Shown in pieces: positions 29,821-38,776 of a DNA stretch of 64,000 nt. The stretch spans positions 12,964-76,963 of the forward strand of contig CAXXTQ010000002.1 of assembly GCA_963665005.2 (NCBI GenBank), in the 5' to 3' direction. Position 1 is the first letter of the stretch, and every line of letters begins with the position of its first letter. The notes under the pieces were generated by a model. It saw nothing but the letters and a program-made list of their open reading frames with translations, had not been told where the DNA came from and did not search any database. Source of the DNA: Christensenellaceae bacterium (lineage in GTDB: Bacteria > Bacillota > Clostridia > Christensenellales > SZUA-584). The translations under genes were made by a program, and so were the position numbers.

Positions 29821-30219
29821 TTAAAGCGCCTGGCAGAGTTCTATGTGCTCGTTATCCGGCCCACGGAAAAACACCCACTTGGTGCCATTCGGGAACATAT
29901 CCGCACAGAACATCTGATCTTCCGTCTCAAACTTAATTCCTTTTGCCTCCAGCTCTTTACGGATTTCTTCTATATCATCCACCGCGTAAGCAACATGATC
30001 TGTCATGCCATCTCCCGGATTGGAACCGATCTTCCTCTGCACCAATTCCAAACATACGCTCCCCTTCTTTACAAATGCACACGTAAACGTATTCCCGTCT
30101 GCATCAAAAGAACATTGCTCTATGCACTCAAGTCCTAATATATCATTATAAAACTTCTTAGATTTCTCCACATCGTCCACAAATATACCGATGTGCCCTA
30201 ATCCAGTTACTTGTGCCAT
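29821..30219 (-). CDS. VOC/glyoxalase-family protein
   Basis: 132 aa with GLGHIGIFVDD and HVAYAV metal-ligand contexts. Confidence 0.75.
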   Translation of the reverse strand: MAQVTGLGHIGIFVDDVEKSKKFYNDILGLECIEQCSFDADGNTFTCAFVKKGSVCLELVQRKIGSNPGDGMTDHVAYAVDDIEEIRKELEAKGIKFETEDQMFCADMFPNGTKWVFFRGPDNEHIELCQAL

Positions 30220-30230
30220 ATCTTTTCTCC

Positions 30231-31247
30231 TTAATTCTTAATCAACACTTTTATACAATTCGAAGAATTATTCATCACGAATTCAAATGCTTCTTTTACT
30301 TTATCTAATGGGAATTCCTGTGTTAACAACAAATCTAAATTTATTTTCTTTTTTTCAACCATTTTAGCCGCTTCTCTAAAATCTTCCCATGTATATTCAA
30401 GTGCACCCCGAATCGCTATCTCTCTATCTTCTACCCGGAACATATCCACCTTCGGAGTCATTCCATAAACCCCCATTGCGATAACTTCTCCACCACGATC
30501 TGTATGTTTTACACATGTTGAGAGGCTCTTTTCGTTTCCAACGCACTCAAACGTGTATCTGGTATAATTCTTTCCTGTCTCTTTAACCAATGTTTCTTCA
30601 ACAGACTCTTTTAAAATATTTATGGGTATTAATCCCAGCTCTTCTGCTATCTTTAATCTGCTATCTATAAGGTCGGAAATAAAAACTTTTTTTGCGCCCT
30701 TGTTTTTTGCAGAAACCGCTGTCAAAAGGCCGATTGTTCCCGCTCCTGATACCAACACATTTTCACTTCTAAGCTCTTTAATCATATTCGCACCGTGGAC
30801 ACCAACTGCCAGCGGTTCAATCATCGCAGCATGACGCAAATCAGTGTTATCATCTAATACAATTGCATTATCAGCATCAACAATAAAATAATCAGCCATC
30901 CCTCCCATATAGAACGTCTGTTCAGGACATATTGCCACTAAACCTTTTTTACAGGTCCAGCATTGCCCGCAACTTCTTACCGGTTGTACTGTAACTTTTT
31001 TGCCGATTTCTAAACCTTTCACACCAGAACCTATGTCGTCTACGATTCCTGAAAACTCATGCCCCAATTCAACCGGATATTTACCTTCCATCAGCGGATG
31101 CTCGCCTTTGAATATATGAATATCCGAACCACATATCCCGCAATAAGCCACTTTAATTCTGACTTGTCCCGATCCGGCCTTAGGCATTTCCATTTCTCTA
31201 ATATTCAAATTTTTTATATCTTCACAATACACTTGTTTCATATTCAT
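30231..31247 (-). CDS. Zinc-dependent polyol/alcohol dehydrogenase (sorbitol dehydrogenase-like MDR)
   Basis: CGICGSD, GHEFSG, structural-Zn Cys cluster CGQCWTCKKG, and GAGTIG Rossmann motif. Confidence 0.85.
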   Translation of the reverse strand: MNMKQVYCEDIKNLNIREMEMPKAGSGQVRIKVAYCGICGSDIHIFKGEHPLMEGKYPVELGHEFSGIVDDIGSGVKGLEIGKKVTVQPVRSCGQCWTCKKGLVAICPEQTFYMGGMADYFIVDADNAIVLDDNTDLRHAAMIEPLAVGVHGANMIKELRSENVLVSGAGTIGLLTAVSAKNKGAKKVFISDLIDSRLKIAEELGLIPINILKESVEETLVKETGKNYTRYTFECVGNEKSLSTCVKHTDRGGEVIAMGVYGMTPKVDMFRVEDREIAIRGALEYTWEDFREAAKMVEKKKINLDLLLTQEFPLDKVKEAFEFVMNNSSNCIKVLIKN

Positions 31248-31272
31248 TTATTCTCCATATTTTTCAATTTAT

Positions 31273-32118
31273 CTATACAAGCTTTTTCTCTGCCTCTTCA
31301 AGCACCTTGAGCCCGTCTATCCAATACTTATCCGTTTGGAAACGAGAACCGTCACATCTTTCCATATAATCGAAAAAGAACGCAACGGGCGGCAGCAATT
31401 CAAGCGCAAGATATCCATCATATCCGATATCTTTTAGCGTTTGCAATATTTTTACGAAATCATGTGACCCCGTTCCCGGAGCCTCTCTTCCGCTGTCCGA
31501 AAGATGAATATGCACAAGATAATCTTTTTGATCGATAAGCGCCTGATACATATCCTTTTCTTCAAATTGCATATGGAAAAAGTCCCCGTGCACCCCTATG
31601 TTAGGCATGTCTACTGCTTTTACCCACCTAACCGCTTCTGCAAGCGTATTAATAAGATGATTGTCGTATCTATTCCAAGCTTCAAGGCAAAGTGTGACAT
31701 CATGCTTTTGAGCATATTCCGTAGAGATACGCATACTTTCAACACCATACTTAAACTCGTCCTCAGGATCCGCAAGCGGTACCGGTTTTAAAAATTCGCC
31801 GGGATATACGATAGCCATGTGGCAGTCCTGCTCAGAAGCAAAATCTATTGTTTTTTTCATATAATCGATTGATTTTTTACGAACTCTTGTTATTGGGCTG
31901 GAGAGGCAGGTTCCTTCTAGAAACACGCTGCACATCGAACCCATCTTCAATCCTTCGCCTTCAAGGACTTCTTTTATCTCTTTGGATTTTTCATAGTAAT
32001 CATTGAATCCGGGTATTTCTACATATTTAAACCCGCATCTGGCTGCCCTTTTGAAAGATTTAGCTATATCCTCCACTGGGCGGTTTATCATTGAATTGTA
32101 TTCATATTTGAATTGCAT
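31273..32118 (-). CDS. Xylose-isomerase-like TIM-barrel protein (ketose 3-epimerase-like)
   Basis: Metal-ligand contexts LEAWNRYD, VHGDFFHM and LALELLP resemble the tagatose/psicose 3-epimerase family. Confidence 0.65.
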   Translation of the reverse strand: MQFKYEYNSMINRPVEDIAKSFKRAARCGFKYVEIPGFNDYYEKSKEIKEVLEGEGLKMGSMCSVFLEGTCLSSPITRVRKKSIDYMKKTIDFASEQDCHMAIVYPGEFLKPVPLADPEDEFKYGVESMRISTEYAQKHDVTLCLEAWNRYDNHLINTLAEAVRWVKAVDMPNIGVHGDFFHMQFEEKDMYQALIDQKDYLVHIHLSDSGREAPGTGSHDFVKILQTLKDIGYDGYLALELLPPVAFFFDYMERCDGSRFQTDKYWIDGLKVLEEAEKKLV

Positions 32119-32195
32119 TTATTATACCTCCTTCAATAGGTTAACTTATTATTTTTCATGGTCTTCATTGCATAAATTATTGATACTGCCTATTG

Positions 32196-33152
32196 CTATT
32201 TTTCTTTAGCCATACGTAATTTCTGTAAACAATCAAAGCTTACCGCCAACAACAAAACAACACCCTGTACAACAATTTGCACATACTCGCTTACATTTGC
32301 CAGAGCCATACCATTTGCAAGCACGCCCATTATAAACACACCAATCAAGCAACCAAACACTGAGGCCGATCCACCTGAAATACTTGTTCCTCCCAGAACA
32401 CATGCTATAATAACATCGAACTCAAACCCTCCTCCTGTATTCGGCGATCCTGTGTTGATCCTTGAAAGGGTCACTATACCTGCTATACATGCAAATACAC
32501 TGCTCAACACATATACGCTCGTCTTCATGACGTCAACATTTATACCAGAAAGTTTTGCAGCTTCCTCGTTTCCTCCTATGGCAACATAATATCTGCCATA
32601 AGTCGTTTTATAAAGCAATAACCATGCCAATACAAAAGTAATCGCAAAGATAATTACAGGTATCGGGATATATGCCAAGTACCCTTGTCCAATTACTTTA
32701 AATTCTGTAGTAAAACCATATATGGGTAACCCGCCGCATATAAGGTAGGCTGCACCTTGAAGTATTTTCATAAAAGCAAGCGTCGCAATAAAGGGCGGTA
32801 TCTTTACCTTCGTAATAAACAAGCCAGTAATCAAGCCCGCTATAATGGCCATGACAATGCATATTAGTATTGCCAGGTACATATTCATACCCATATTAAC
32901 CATCATGTAGGCGCATATGATATTTGTAAATGTAACTTGTGAGCCTACTGATAAATCTATACCTCCCACTAACAATACAAACATCATACCTGCAGCGGCA
33001 ATCCCGACCATTGATACTTGTCTTGCAATATTTAACGTATTGTTAATTGAAAAGAAATTATTTGCAGTAAATGAAAAGAATATAACAAGAGCAATTAACA
33101 CAAATACGATTGCATACTTCCCTAAGAATTTCGCCTTTCCTTCTTTATACAT
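32196..33152 (-). CDS. CUT2 sugar ABC permease (RbsC-like)
   Basis: 318 aa, about 9-10 TM, typical RbsC/branched-chain permease pattern (GGIDLSVGS). Confidence 0.9.
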   Translation of the reverse strand: MYKEGKAKFLGKYAIVFVLIALVIFFSFTANNFFSINNTLNIARQVSMVGIAAAGMMFVLLVGGIDLSVGSQVTFTNIICAYMMVNMGMNMYLAILICIVMAIIAGLITGLFITKVKIPPFIATLAFMKILQGAAYLICGGLPIYGFTTEFKVIGQGYLAYIPIPVIIFAITFVLAWLLLYKTTYGRYYVAIGGNEEAAKLSGINVDVMKTSVYVLSSVFACIAGIVTLSRINTGSPNTGGGFEFDVIIACVLGGTSISGGSASVFGCLIGVFIMGVLANGMALANVSEYVQIVVQGVVLLLAVSFDCLQKLRMAKEK

Positions 33153-33171
33153 TATATACCATTTCCTCCAT

Positions 33172-34665
33172 TCAACTTACCTTTGATGCATAGTGCATTA
33201 TTTTTTCTTGAGAAAACTCTTCTCTTTTTAACTGGGCTCGTATTTTCCGTTCGCACAAAACAAGTATTCGATCAGACATTCCCATTAACTCAGGCATCTC
33301 CGACGAAATCATAATTATTGTTTTACCCTGTTTAACCATCTCATTTATGAGTATGTATATTTCATATTTTGCCCCAACGTCTATACCTCTGGTCGGCTCA
33401 TCCATTATAATTAGATCGGGCTGTGCCGCAAGCCATTTTGCAACAACAACCTTTTGCTGGTTGCCCCCGCTCAGATTTTTCACAAGCTGTTGTATAGACG
33501 GTGCTTTTATTGTAAGTGCATTTTTATATTTATCAATAATTTTTCTTTCTTTACTTCTATTGATCCAGGACAAAAAGGATATCTTACTTAACATAGCAAG
33601 CGTAATATTCTGGGCAATTGACATATGTGCTAATATACCATGCTCTTTACGGTTTTCCGGCACCAACACGATTCCGTGAGCAATCGCATCTTTGGGAGAT
33701 TTAACATGTATTTCCTTCCCCTTCAATTTCAACTTTCCAGATTTTATCTTTGCAGTGCCGAATATTAATTGCGCCATCTCCGTACGCCCAGCACCTACAA
33801 GGCCGCCCAAGCCCAGTATTTCTCCTCGATATAGCTTCATATTTAAGTTTTCAAATCCATTACCTGATACCCCTTCCATTTCCAGCAGTACTTCATCGGT
33901 AATCTGGGGCTCCTCTTTAGGAAATATGTTTTTTATTTCACGTCCTACCATCATTGTAATAAGCGTATCTCTTGTTATCTCGTTTGTATCCATAGTCGTA
34001 ATTAGCTTACCATCCCTCATAACAGAAACTCTGTCAGATACCTCAAATATTTCTTCTAATCGATGTGAGATATATATAATACTGACTCCGGAGGCTTTCA
34101 ATGTTCTTATCAATTTGAATAACGTCTCCACTTCTGCATCTGTCAATGGTGCAGTGGGCTCATCCATTATCAACACTTTTATATCCGTTATTAATACTTT
34201 ACCGATTTCAACTAGCTGTTGATATCCAACGGAAAGATTTTTTATTTGATCGTTTATATCTATCTTTATATCTAACTGATCAAACACCTGCAGGGCACGC
34301 TTTTTCATTTCTTTTTTCTTTAAAAATTTCCCAACCTTTATCTCTCGTCCCAAGAACAGATTTTCCCACACGGTGAGTTCATTTACCAGATTAAATTCCT
34401 GATAGATAACACCAATACCTAATTCTTTCGAGCTATGTGGGTTAAAACCTTTATATTCTTCGCCTTCAATTACTATCGTACCGGAGCTGGGTTTATGTGC
34501 GCCTGCTGCAGTTTTTATCAATGTTGATTTGCCTGCGCCATTCTCACCAACAAGCGCATGCACCTCACCCTTACGAAGTGAAAAGCTCACATCATCTATT
34601 GCCAAAACACCCGGAAACGTTTTAGTAATATTACGAAATTCAAAAAAAGTCTTTTTATTTCCCAC
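33172..34665 (-). CDS. CUT2 sugar ABC ATP-binding protein (RbsA/MglA-like, tandem NBD, intact motifs)
   Basis: GENGAGKST, LSVGYQQ, LIMDEPT, GLVGAGRTE, LSGGNQQK and IIMDEPTRGID. GTG start with GAGGAA RBS. Confidence 0.9.
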   Translation of the reverse strand: MGNKKTFFEFRNITKTFPGVLAIDDVSFSLRKGEVHALVGENGAGKSTLIKTAAGAHKPSSGTIVIEGEEYKGFNPHSSKELGIGVIYQEFNLVNELTVWENLFLGREIKVGKFLKKKEMKKRALQVFDQLDIKIDINDQIKNLSVGYQQLVEIGKVLITDIKVLIMDEPTAPLTDAEVETLFKLIRTLKASGVSIIYISHRLEEIFEVSDRVSVMRDGKLITTMDTNEITRDTLITMMVGREIKNIFPKEEPQITDEVLLEMEGVSGNGFENLNMKLYRGEILGLGGLVGAGRTEMAQLIFGTAKIKSGKLKLKGKEIHVKSPKDAIAHGIVLVPENRKEHGILAHMSIAQNITLAMLSKISFLSWINRSKERKIIDKYKNALTIKAPSIQQLVKNLSGGNQQKVVVAKWLAAQPDLIIMDEPTRGIDVGAKYEIYILINEMVKQGKTIIMISSEMPELMGMSDRILVLCERKIRAQLKREEFSQEKIMHYASKVS

Positions 34666-34750
34666 TTAATTTCCTCTTTCGTTTTTTTTATAATTCTACA
34701 GACACGAACAGCAAATATATTACCGTTCGTGTCTGCACCTATTTATACCT

Positions 34751-35866
34751 TTATTCTAAATAATCTCCAAAATACGCCAGGGCTTCGTAATCAACCGTTA
34801 CTTCAATATCATAATTGAGCTGTTCCATCATTTCAGGTAAGTTATCATAAGTAATTGGAAGTACAGGCATATACAAAACACTTTCATAATCTTCGCCGCG
34901 TACAACCTTCATTGTTTCATCTATCATAGCTTCCGCGTGAAGAGCTCCCCCTCCAAGATTTGCACAGCCACGTATATAACCGCCCATGGCCATTAACGTA
35001 ACCGCTTCCAAGCTACCGTCGATTGTGAAAATACCAAAGTCATCATCAGCATTGGCCGCTACAATCGCCTCGTTTGCGCCAACACCGCCGCCATCACCAA
35101 AAGATAGAATGATGTCCATATCGGGGTAAGCCTGGAGCATGTTTTCAGCTCCATCAAATCCTTCAGTTGCTACCAAAGCGTCTTGCTCTATAACGACCTC
35201 CGCGTTAGGAGCCAGTTCTGCAAGAGCATCTTTCATTCCTTGAACACGCGTTGCGGCTATATCAGGAAATACGCTACTCCCGAATACTCCAACTTCAATT
35301 GTTTCCTTATTTTTTAGTGTTTCATGCTCATTGATCCATGCCGCTGCCATAGTACCACACATCACACCCGCATCATGATCAGGCATAGCATATTTAATAT
35401 CATCGACTAGAGATTCGGTCGTATAAGCACAAAGCGCAATGCCGTTGTCCTTTGCCTTCTGAAGCACGTCTTCACCTGCAGTTGTTGGCGTAATGTATAT
35501 AATGCCGTCATAACCAGCCGTAATGAAATTTTCCATTTGCTCAACAAATTTGCTGGGATCATCATCATAAGAAACGGATGTTACGTTGGCATTATACTTT
35601 TCCTTTGCATATACTTCTGCATGATTAACAAGATCAACCCAAACACTGTTAGTAAGGCCGCTGAATACGATGCCGAGCTGGTACTCCTTAGCAGTCTCGT
35701 CAACGCTATCATCAGGCTCTTCGCCACCATTTTCCGCAGTCTCTGTATCTACCGCTTCATCGGTAGACTGAACTTCGTTAGGTGCACCTGTACAAGCAGC
35801 AAATACAAACGCTAATAATAAAACTAACAGTACAAACGCTATGCTCCTTTTCATCTTCTTCACCAT
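34751..35866 (-). CDS. Sugar ABC substrate-binding lipoprotein (PBP1-like)
   Basis: Signal peptide plus lipobox (VFAAC), an acidic linker, then a binding-protein fold sequence. AGGAGG RBS. Confidence 0.85.
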   Translation of the reverse strand: MVKKMKRSIAFVLLVLLLAFVFAACTGAPNEVQSTDEAVDTETAENGGEEPDDSVDETAKEYQLGIVFSGLTNSVWVDLVNHAEVYAKEKYNANVTSVSYDDDPSKFVEQMENFITAGYDGIIYITPTTAGEDVLQKAKDNGIALCAYTTESLVDDIKYAMPDHDAGVMCGTMAAAWINEHETLKNKETIEVGVFGSSVFPDIAATRVQGMKDALAELAPNAEVVIEQDALVATEGFDGAENMLQAYPDMDIILSFGDGGGVGANEAIVAANADDDFGIFTIDGSLEAVTLMAMGGYIRGCANLGGGALHAEAMIDETMKVVRGEDYESVLYMPVLPITYDNLPEMMEQLNYDIEVTVDYEALAYFGDYLE

Positions 35867-36050
35867 TTTTGTTCCTCCTTTTGTTTTTACAATTTATACA
35901 ATCCACATAGCCGTGTTACATAAGCAAACCACAAAATACGGATTGTCGCTATTGCTCAGCATCATTTATACTAACACTCGCTCAATAAACCGTCTACGCG
36001 ACACTTTCTAGATTTCTCATGCCATTTTCAAGATATTTAATTTTGGTCAC

Positions 36051-36080
36051 TTGCTTTTATTATTTATAAGGGACTATAAT
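36051..36080 (+). promoter_or_regulatory. Candidate sigma-70-type promoter for the RR2-HK2-P2 operon
   Basis: TTGCTT, 18-nt spacer, TATAAT (36075-36080), about 30 nt upstream of the RR2 start. Confidence 0.3.
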
Positions 36081-36111
36081 AAAATAGGGAAAGGGGGATA
36101 AAATTAAATTT

Positions 36112-37725
36112 ATGATTACATCAAAGAAATTGTCAACAATAATCATAGATGACGAACCTAATGTCTGTGACTTAATAAAGCATTTAGGGAATTGGCAGGA
36201 GTTAAATATCGAAGTCATCGGAGAAGCAAATGGTGGTCAACAGGGTCTTGCCTTAATTCGAAAATACAAACCAGATATCGTAATAATTGATATGAGGCTT
36301 CCGGGGATTAGCGGAATTGATATTATTAAAAAATGTTTTACAGAACATATTTCGTCAAAATTTCTAGTTGTTAGTGGCTATAAAAAATTCGAATATGCTC
36401 AACAGGCTCTCACATTAAACGTTTCAGGGTATCTCCTCAAACCTATTAACAAATATGACCTTAATTCTGCCCTTAAAAAAATAATTACAGAGATTCAAAA
36501 TTCTTATGTTGCCAAGAATCATTTGCAAACTCTCTCCTCAACAATCGATATAAAACAAGGATATTTATGGGAGCAGCTATTTTTTGCATTGACCGAACAA
36601 AAAAGGAATAACATTGATATAAATAAACTTAGAAAAACTCTTGGAATTTCCAACGATAATATAAGCTTTGTATTTTTTATCGTTAAAATAGATGCTTTAA
36701 TTGATACATTAGATATAAATTCATTATTAAAACAGATTAATGCTTTATTAAAAAAATACTTTAATGAACAAGCTCCCTTTCCCTTACATATTTTCAAAAC
36801 CGAAAATCGCCTTTTTAGCATTTTATATTATGAATCGGCCAGTCCCTACAACGCCACGTCGATATTTAATAATATCTATCAACTAGTAAATAAAAAAATA
36901 CTTCCAGCCAAAGCAAAAGTAACTATAGGAATTAGTTCGAAAAAAAATAGTTTTTCTGATTTGCCGTCAGCATATCGCGAAGCCACAGCCTGCATAGAAT
37001 TTCGTCGTTATAGTACACAAAATATAATTTTGTATACCCCGGAAATCCCGTTGGTCCCAAAAGAATTTGCTGTTCCTCAAAAATATGAAGACAAAATCAT
37101 AAGAGCTATAGAAATCCAAAGTAAAGAAAAGGCTTTACAAATCTTTAATGATTTTTGGTCAGAATTTTTGCCCACTTTTAAGCCTCGCGGCAGTTTATTC
37201 ATTACAATTAGCGCATTTGTGGAAACATGGTGTTCAATACTTAATAGCTATTCTAAACATACGGATTTTTTTCAAAAAGAAAAATATATGCTTATTACAT
37301 CAATAGATAATGAAATGAACCTCAATAAAATTAAGGATTATGTTTCCATAATGATCAAATCTTCTATTAAACAATATGCTGACTGCCATAAATCATGGGG
37401 GGACCAATATATACGAACAGCTAAAAAATATATTGCAGAAAATTTGGGAAATGGTTTAACATTGGATGAAGTTGCTGAAGCAGTATCTTTAAATCCAATA
37501 TATTTTAGTTCATTATTTAAAACAAAAACCGAAATGAATTTCTCCAGTTATATCCAAAAGCAACGTATAGATATGGCTAAGCAACTACTTCAAAAATCTA
37601 AGTCTCCCATCAAAGTCATTAGTTCTTCCGTCGGTTATCAAGATATCAATTATTTTACAAAACTGTTTAAAAGGTATGTCGGAATTACTCCATCTGCATA
37701 TCGGCGTATGCATTTTCCAATTTAA
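36112..37725 (+). CDS. Response regulator, CheY receiver plus AraC/XylS HTH (YesN-like), RR2
   Basis: IIIDDEP, DIVIIDMRLP and LLKP. C-terminal AraC HTH (LNPIYFSSLFKTKTEMNF, GYQDINYFTKLFKRYVGITPSAYRR). Confidence 0.9.
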   Translation: MITSKKLSTIIIDDEPNVCDLIKHLGNWQELNIEVIGEANGGQQGLALIRKYKPDIVIIDMRLPGISGIDIIKKCFTEHISSKFLVVSGYKKFEYAQQALTLNVSGYLLKPINKYDLNSALKKIITEIQNSYVAKNHLQTLSSTIDIKQGYLWEQLFFALTEQKRNNIDINKLRKTLGISNDNISFVFFIVKIDALIDTLDINSLLKQINALLKKYFNEQAPFPLHIFKTENRLFSILYYESASPYNATSIFNNIYQLVNKKILPAKAKVTIGISSKKNSFSDLPSAYREATACIEFRRYSTQNIILYTPEIPLVPKEFAVPQKYEDKIIRAIEIQSKEKALQIFNDFWSEFLPTFKPRGSLFITISAFVETWCSILNSYSKHTDFFQKEKYMLITSIDNEMNLNKIKDYVSIMIKSSIKQYADCHKSWGDQYIRTAKKYIAENLGNGLTLDEVAEAVSLNPIYFSSLFKTKTEMNFSSYIQKQRIDMAKQLLQKSKSPIKVISSSVGYQDINYFTKLFKRYVGITPSAYRRMHFPI

Positions 37726-37732
37726 ATATGGT

Positions 37733-38776
37733 ATGAATATGAAATTATTAAAAAATAAAAATAATAAAATAAATTTTTTTTCTCATGCTGCTTTTGTACT
37801 ATATTGCCTATTATTTTCTGCGCAGATTTTCTCGCTTTATTTTATTTATCTTGCATATAGAGTATCCTTATTAAGTATTTTGTATTTCTTTTTTATAATT
37901 CTTTGTATGCTATTTTTTATTTTCATTATAATTCGGCCAATATATAAGAACTACAAACGCGGCAAAATTGCTGGCATTGTTGAAAACAATCCTTTTAAAA
38001 TGCTAAATAGCCTTGCTTCAGGTGCGTGGGTGAAAATCATTGAAGAAAACAATAATTTAGTTAAAAAAGACTACTCTAATAAAATACTTCTTAACCAAAT
38101 GAAATTTCAAACATTGCAAAATCAAATAAATCCTCATTTTTTATATAATTCCCTTGATTCTGTCCGTGGACTGGCAATAAAGGCAAAGGACTATTCTACA
38201 GCAGAAATGGTAGAAGCTCTCGCCTCATTTTTCAGATATAACATTGGTAATGAAAATGATATCGTTGAATTGCATCAGGAAATACAAAGTATACGCAACT
38301 ATTTTATTATCCAGAGATATCGTTTCTCAAATCGTTTTAAACTTGAGTGCCATTTTGATCAGAAAGACTCCTCAATTATTCAATATATGATTCCAAAACT
38401 AATAATACAACCGTTAGTAGAAAACGCAATATTTCATGGACTCGAACCCAAAGAAGGCAAAGGTTTCGTCGCCATCAATGTCCGTAAAACTACACACAGA
38501 CTGTATATATCAGTTGCCGACAATGGCGTAGGGATGAGCGACGCAGAATTACACTATCTCAATAAAAAATTGCTTTCAATTAAAAAAACTTCGCAAGGCT
38601 TATCTATTAGCGAAGATATGAAACATAAAAACATTGCTATACCTAATATAAATCAACGCATAAAAAGTATTTTTGGAGAAGATTTTGGTTTGCATATCAG
38701 CAGTACGCTCAATCTTGGTACAGAAATCGAACTCTCTCTCCCATTTCCATCACAGATAAAGGATTACAGCCAGTGA
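37733..38776 (+). CDS. Short LytS/YesM-type histidine kinase without an extracytoplasmic domain, HK2
   Basis: Two adjacent TM helices, a short linker, H-box INPHFLYNSLDSVRG, N-box QPLVENAIFHG and G-box ADNGVGM. The start is ambiguous (ATG 37733 or 37739; the ORF-track start 37676 overlaps RR2). Confidence 0.85.
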   Translation: MNMKLLKNKNNKINFFSHAAFVLYCLLFSAQIFSLYFIYLAYRVSLLSILYFFFIILCMLFFIFIIIRPIYKNYKRGKIAGIVENNPFKMLNSLASGAWVKIIEENNNLVKKDYSNKILLNQMKFQTLQNQINPHFLYNSLDSVRGLAIKAKDYSTAEMVEALASFFRYNIGNENDIVELHQEIQSIRNYFIIQRYRFSNRFKLECHFDQKDSSIIQYMIPKLIIQPLVENAIFHGLEPKEGKGFVAINVRKTTHRLYISVADNGVGMSDAELHYLNKKLLSIKKTSQGLSISEDMKHKNIAIPNINQRIKSIFGEDFGLHISSTLNLGTEIELSLPFPSQIKDYSQ

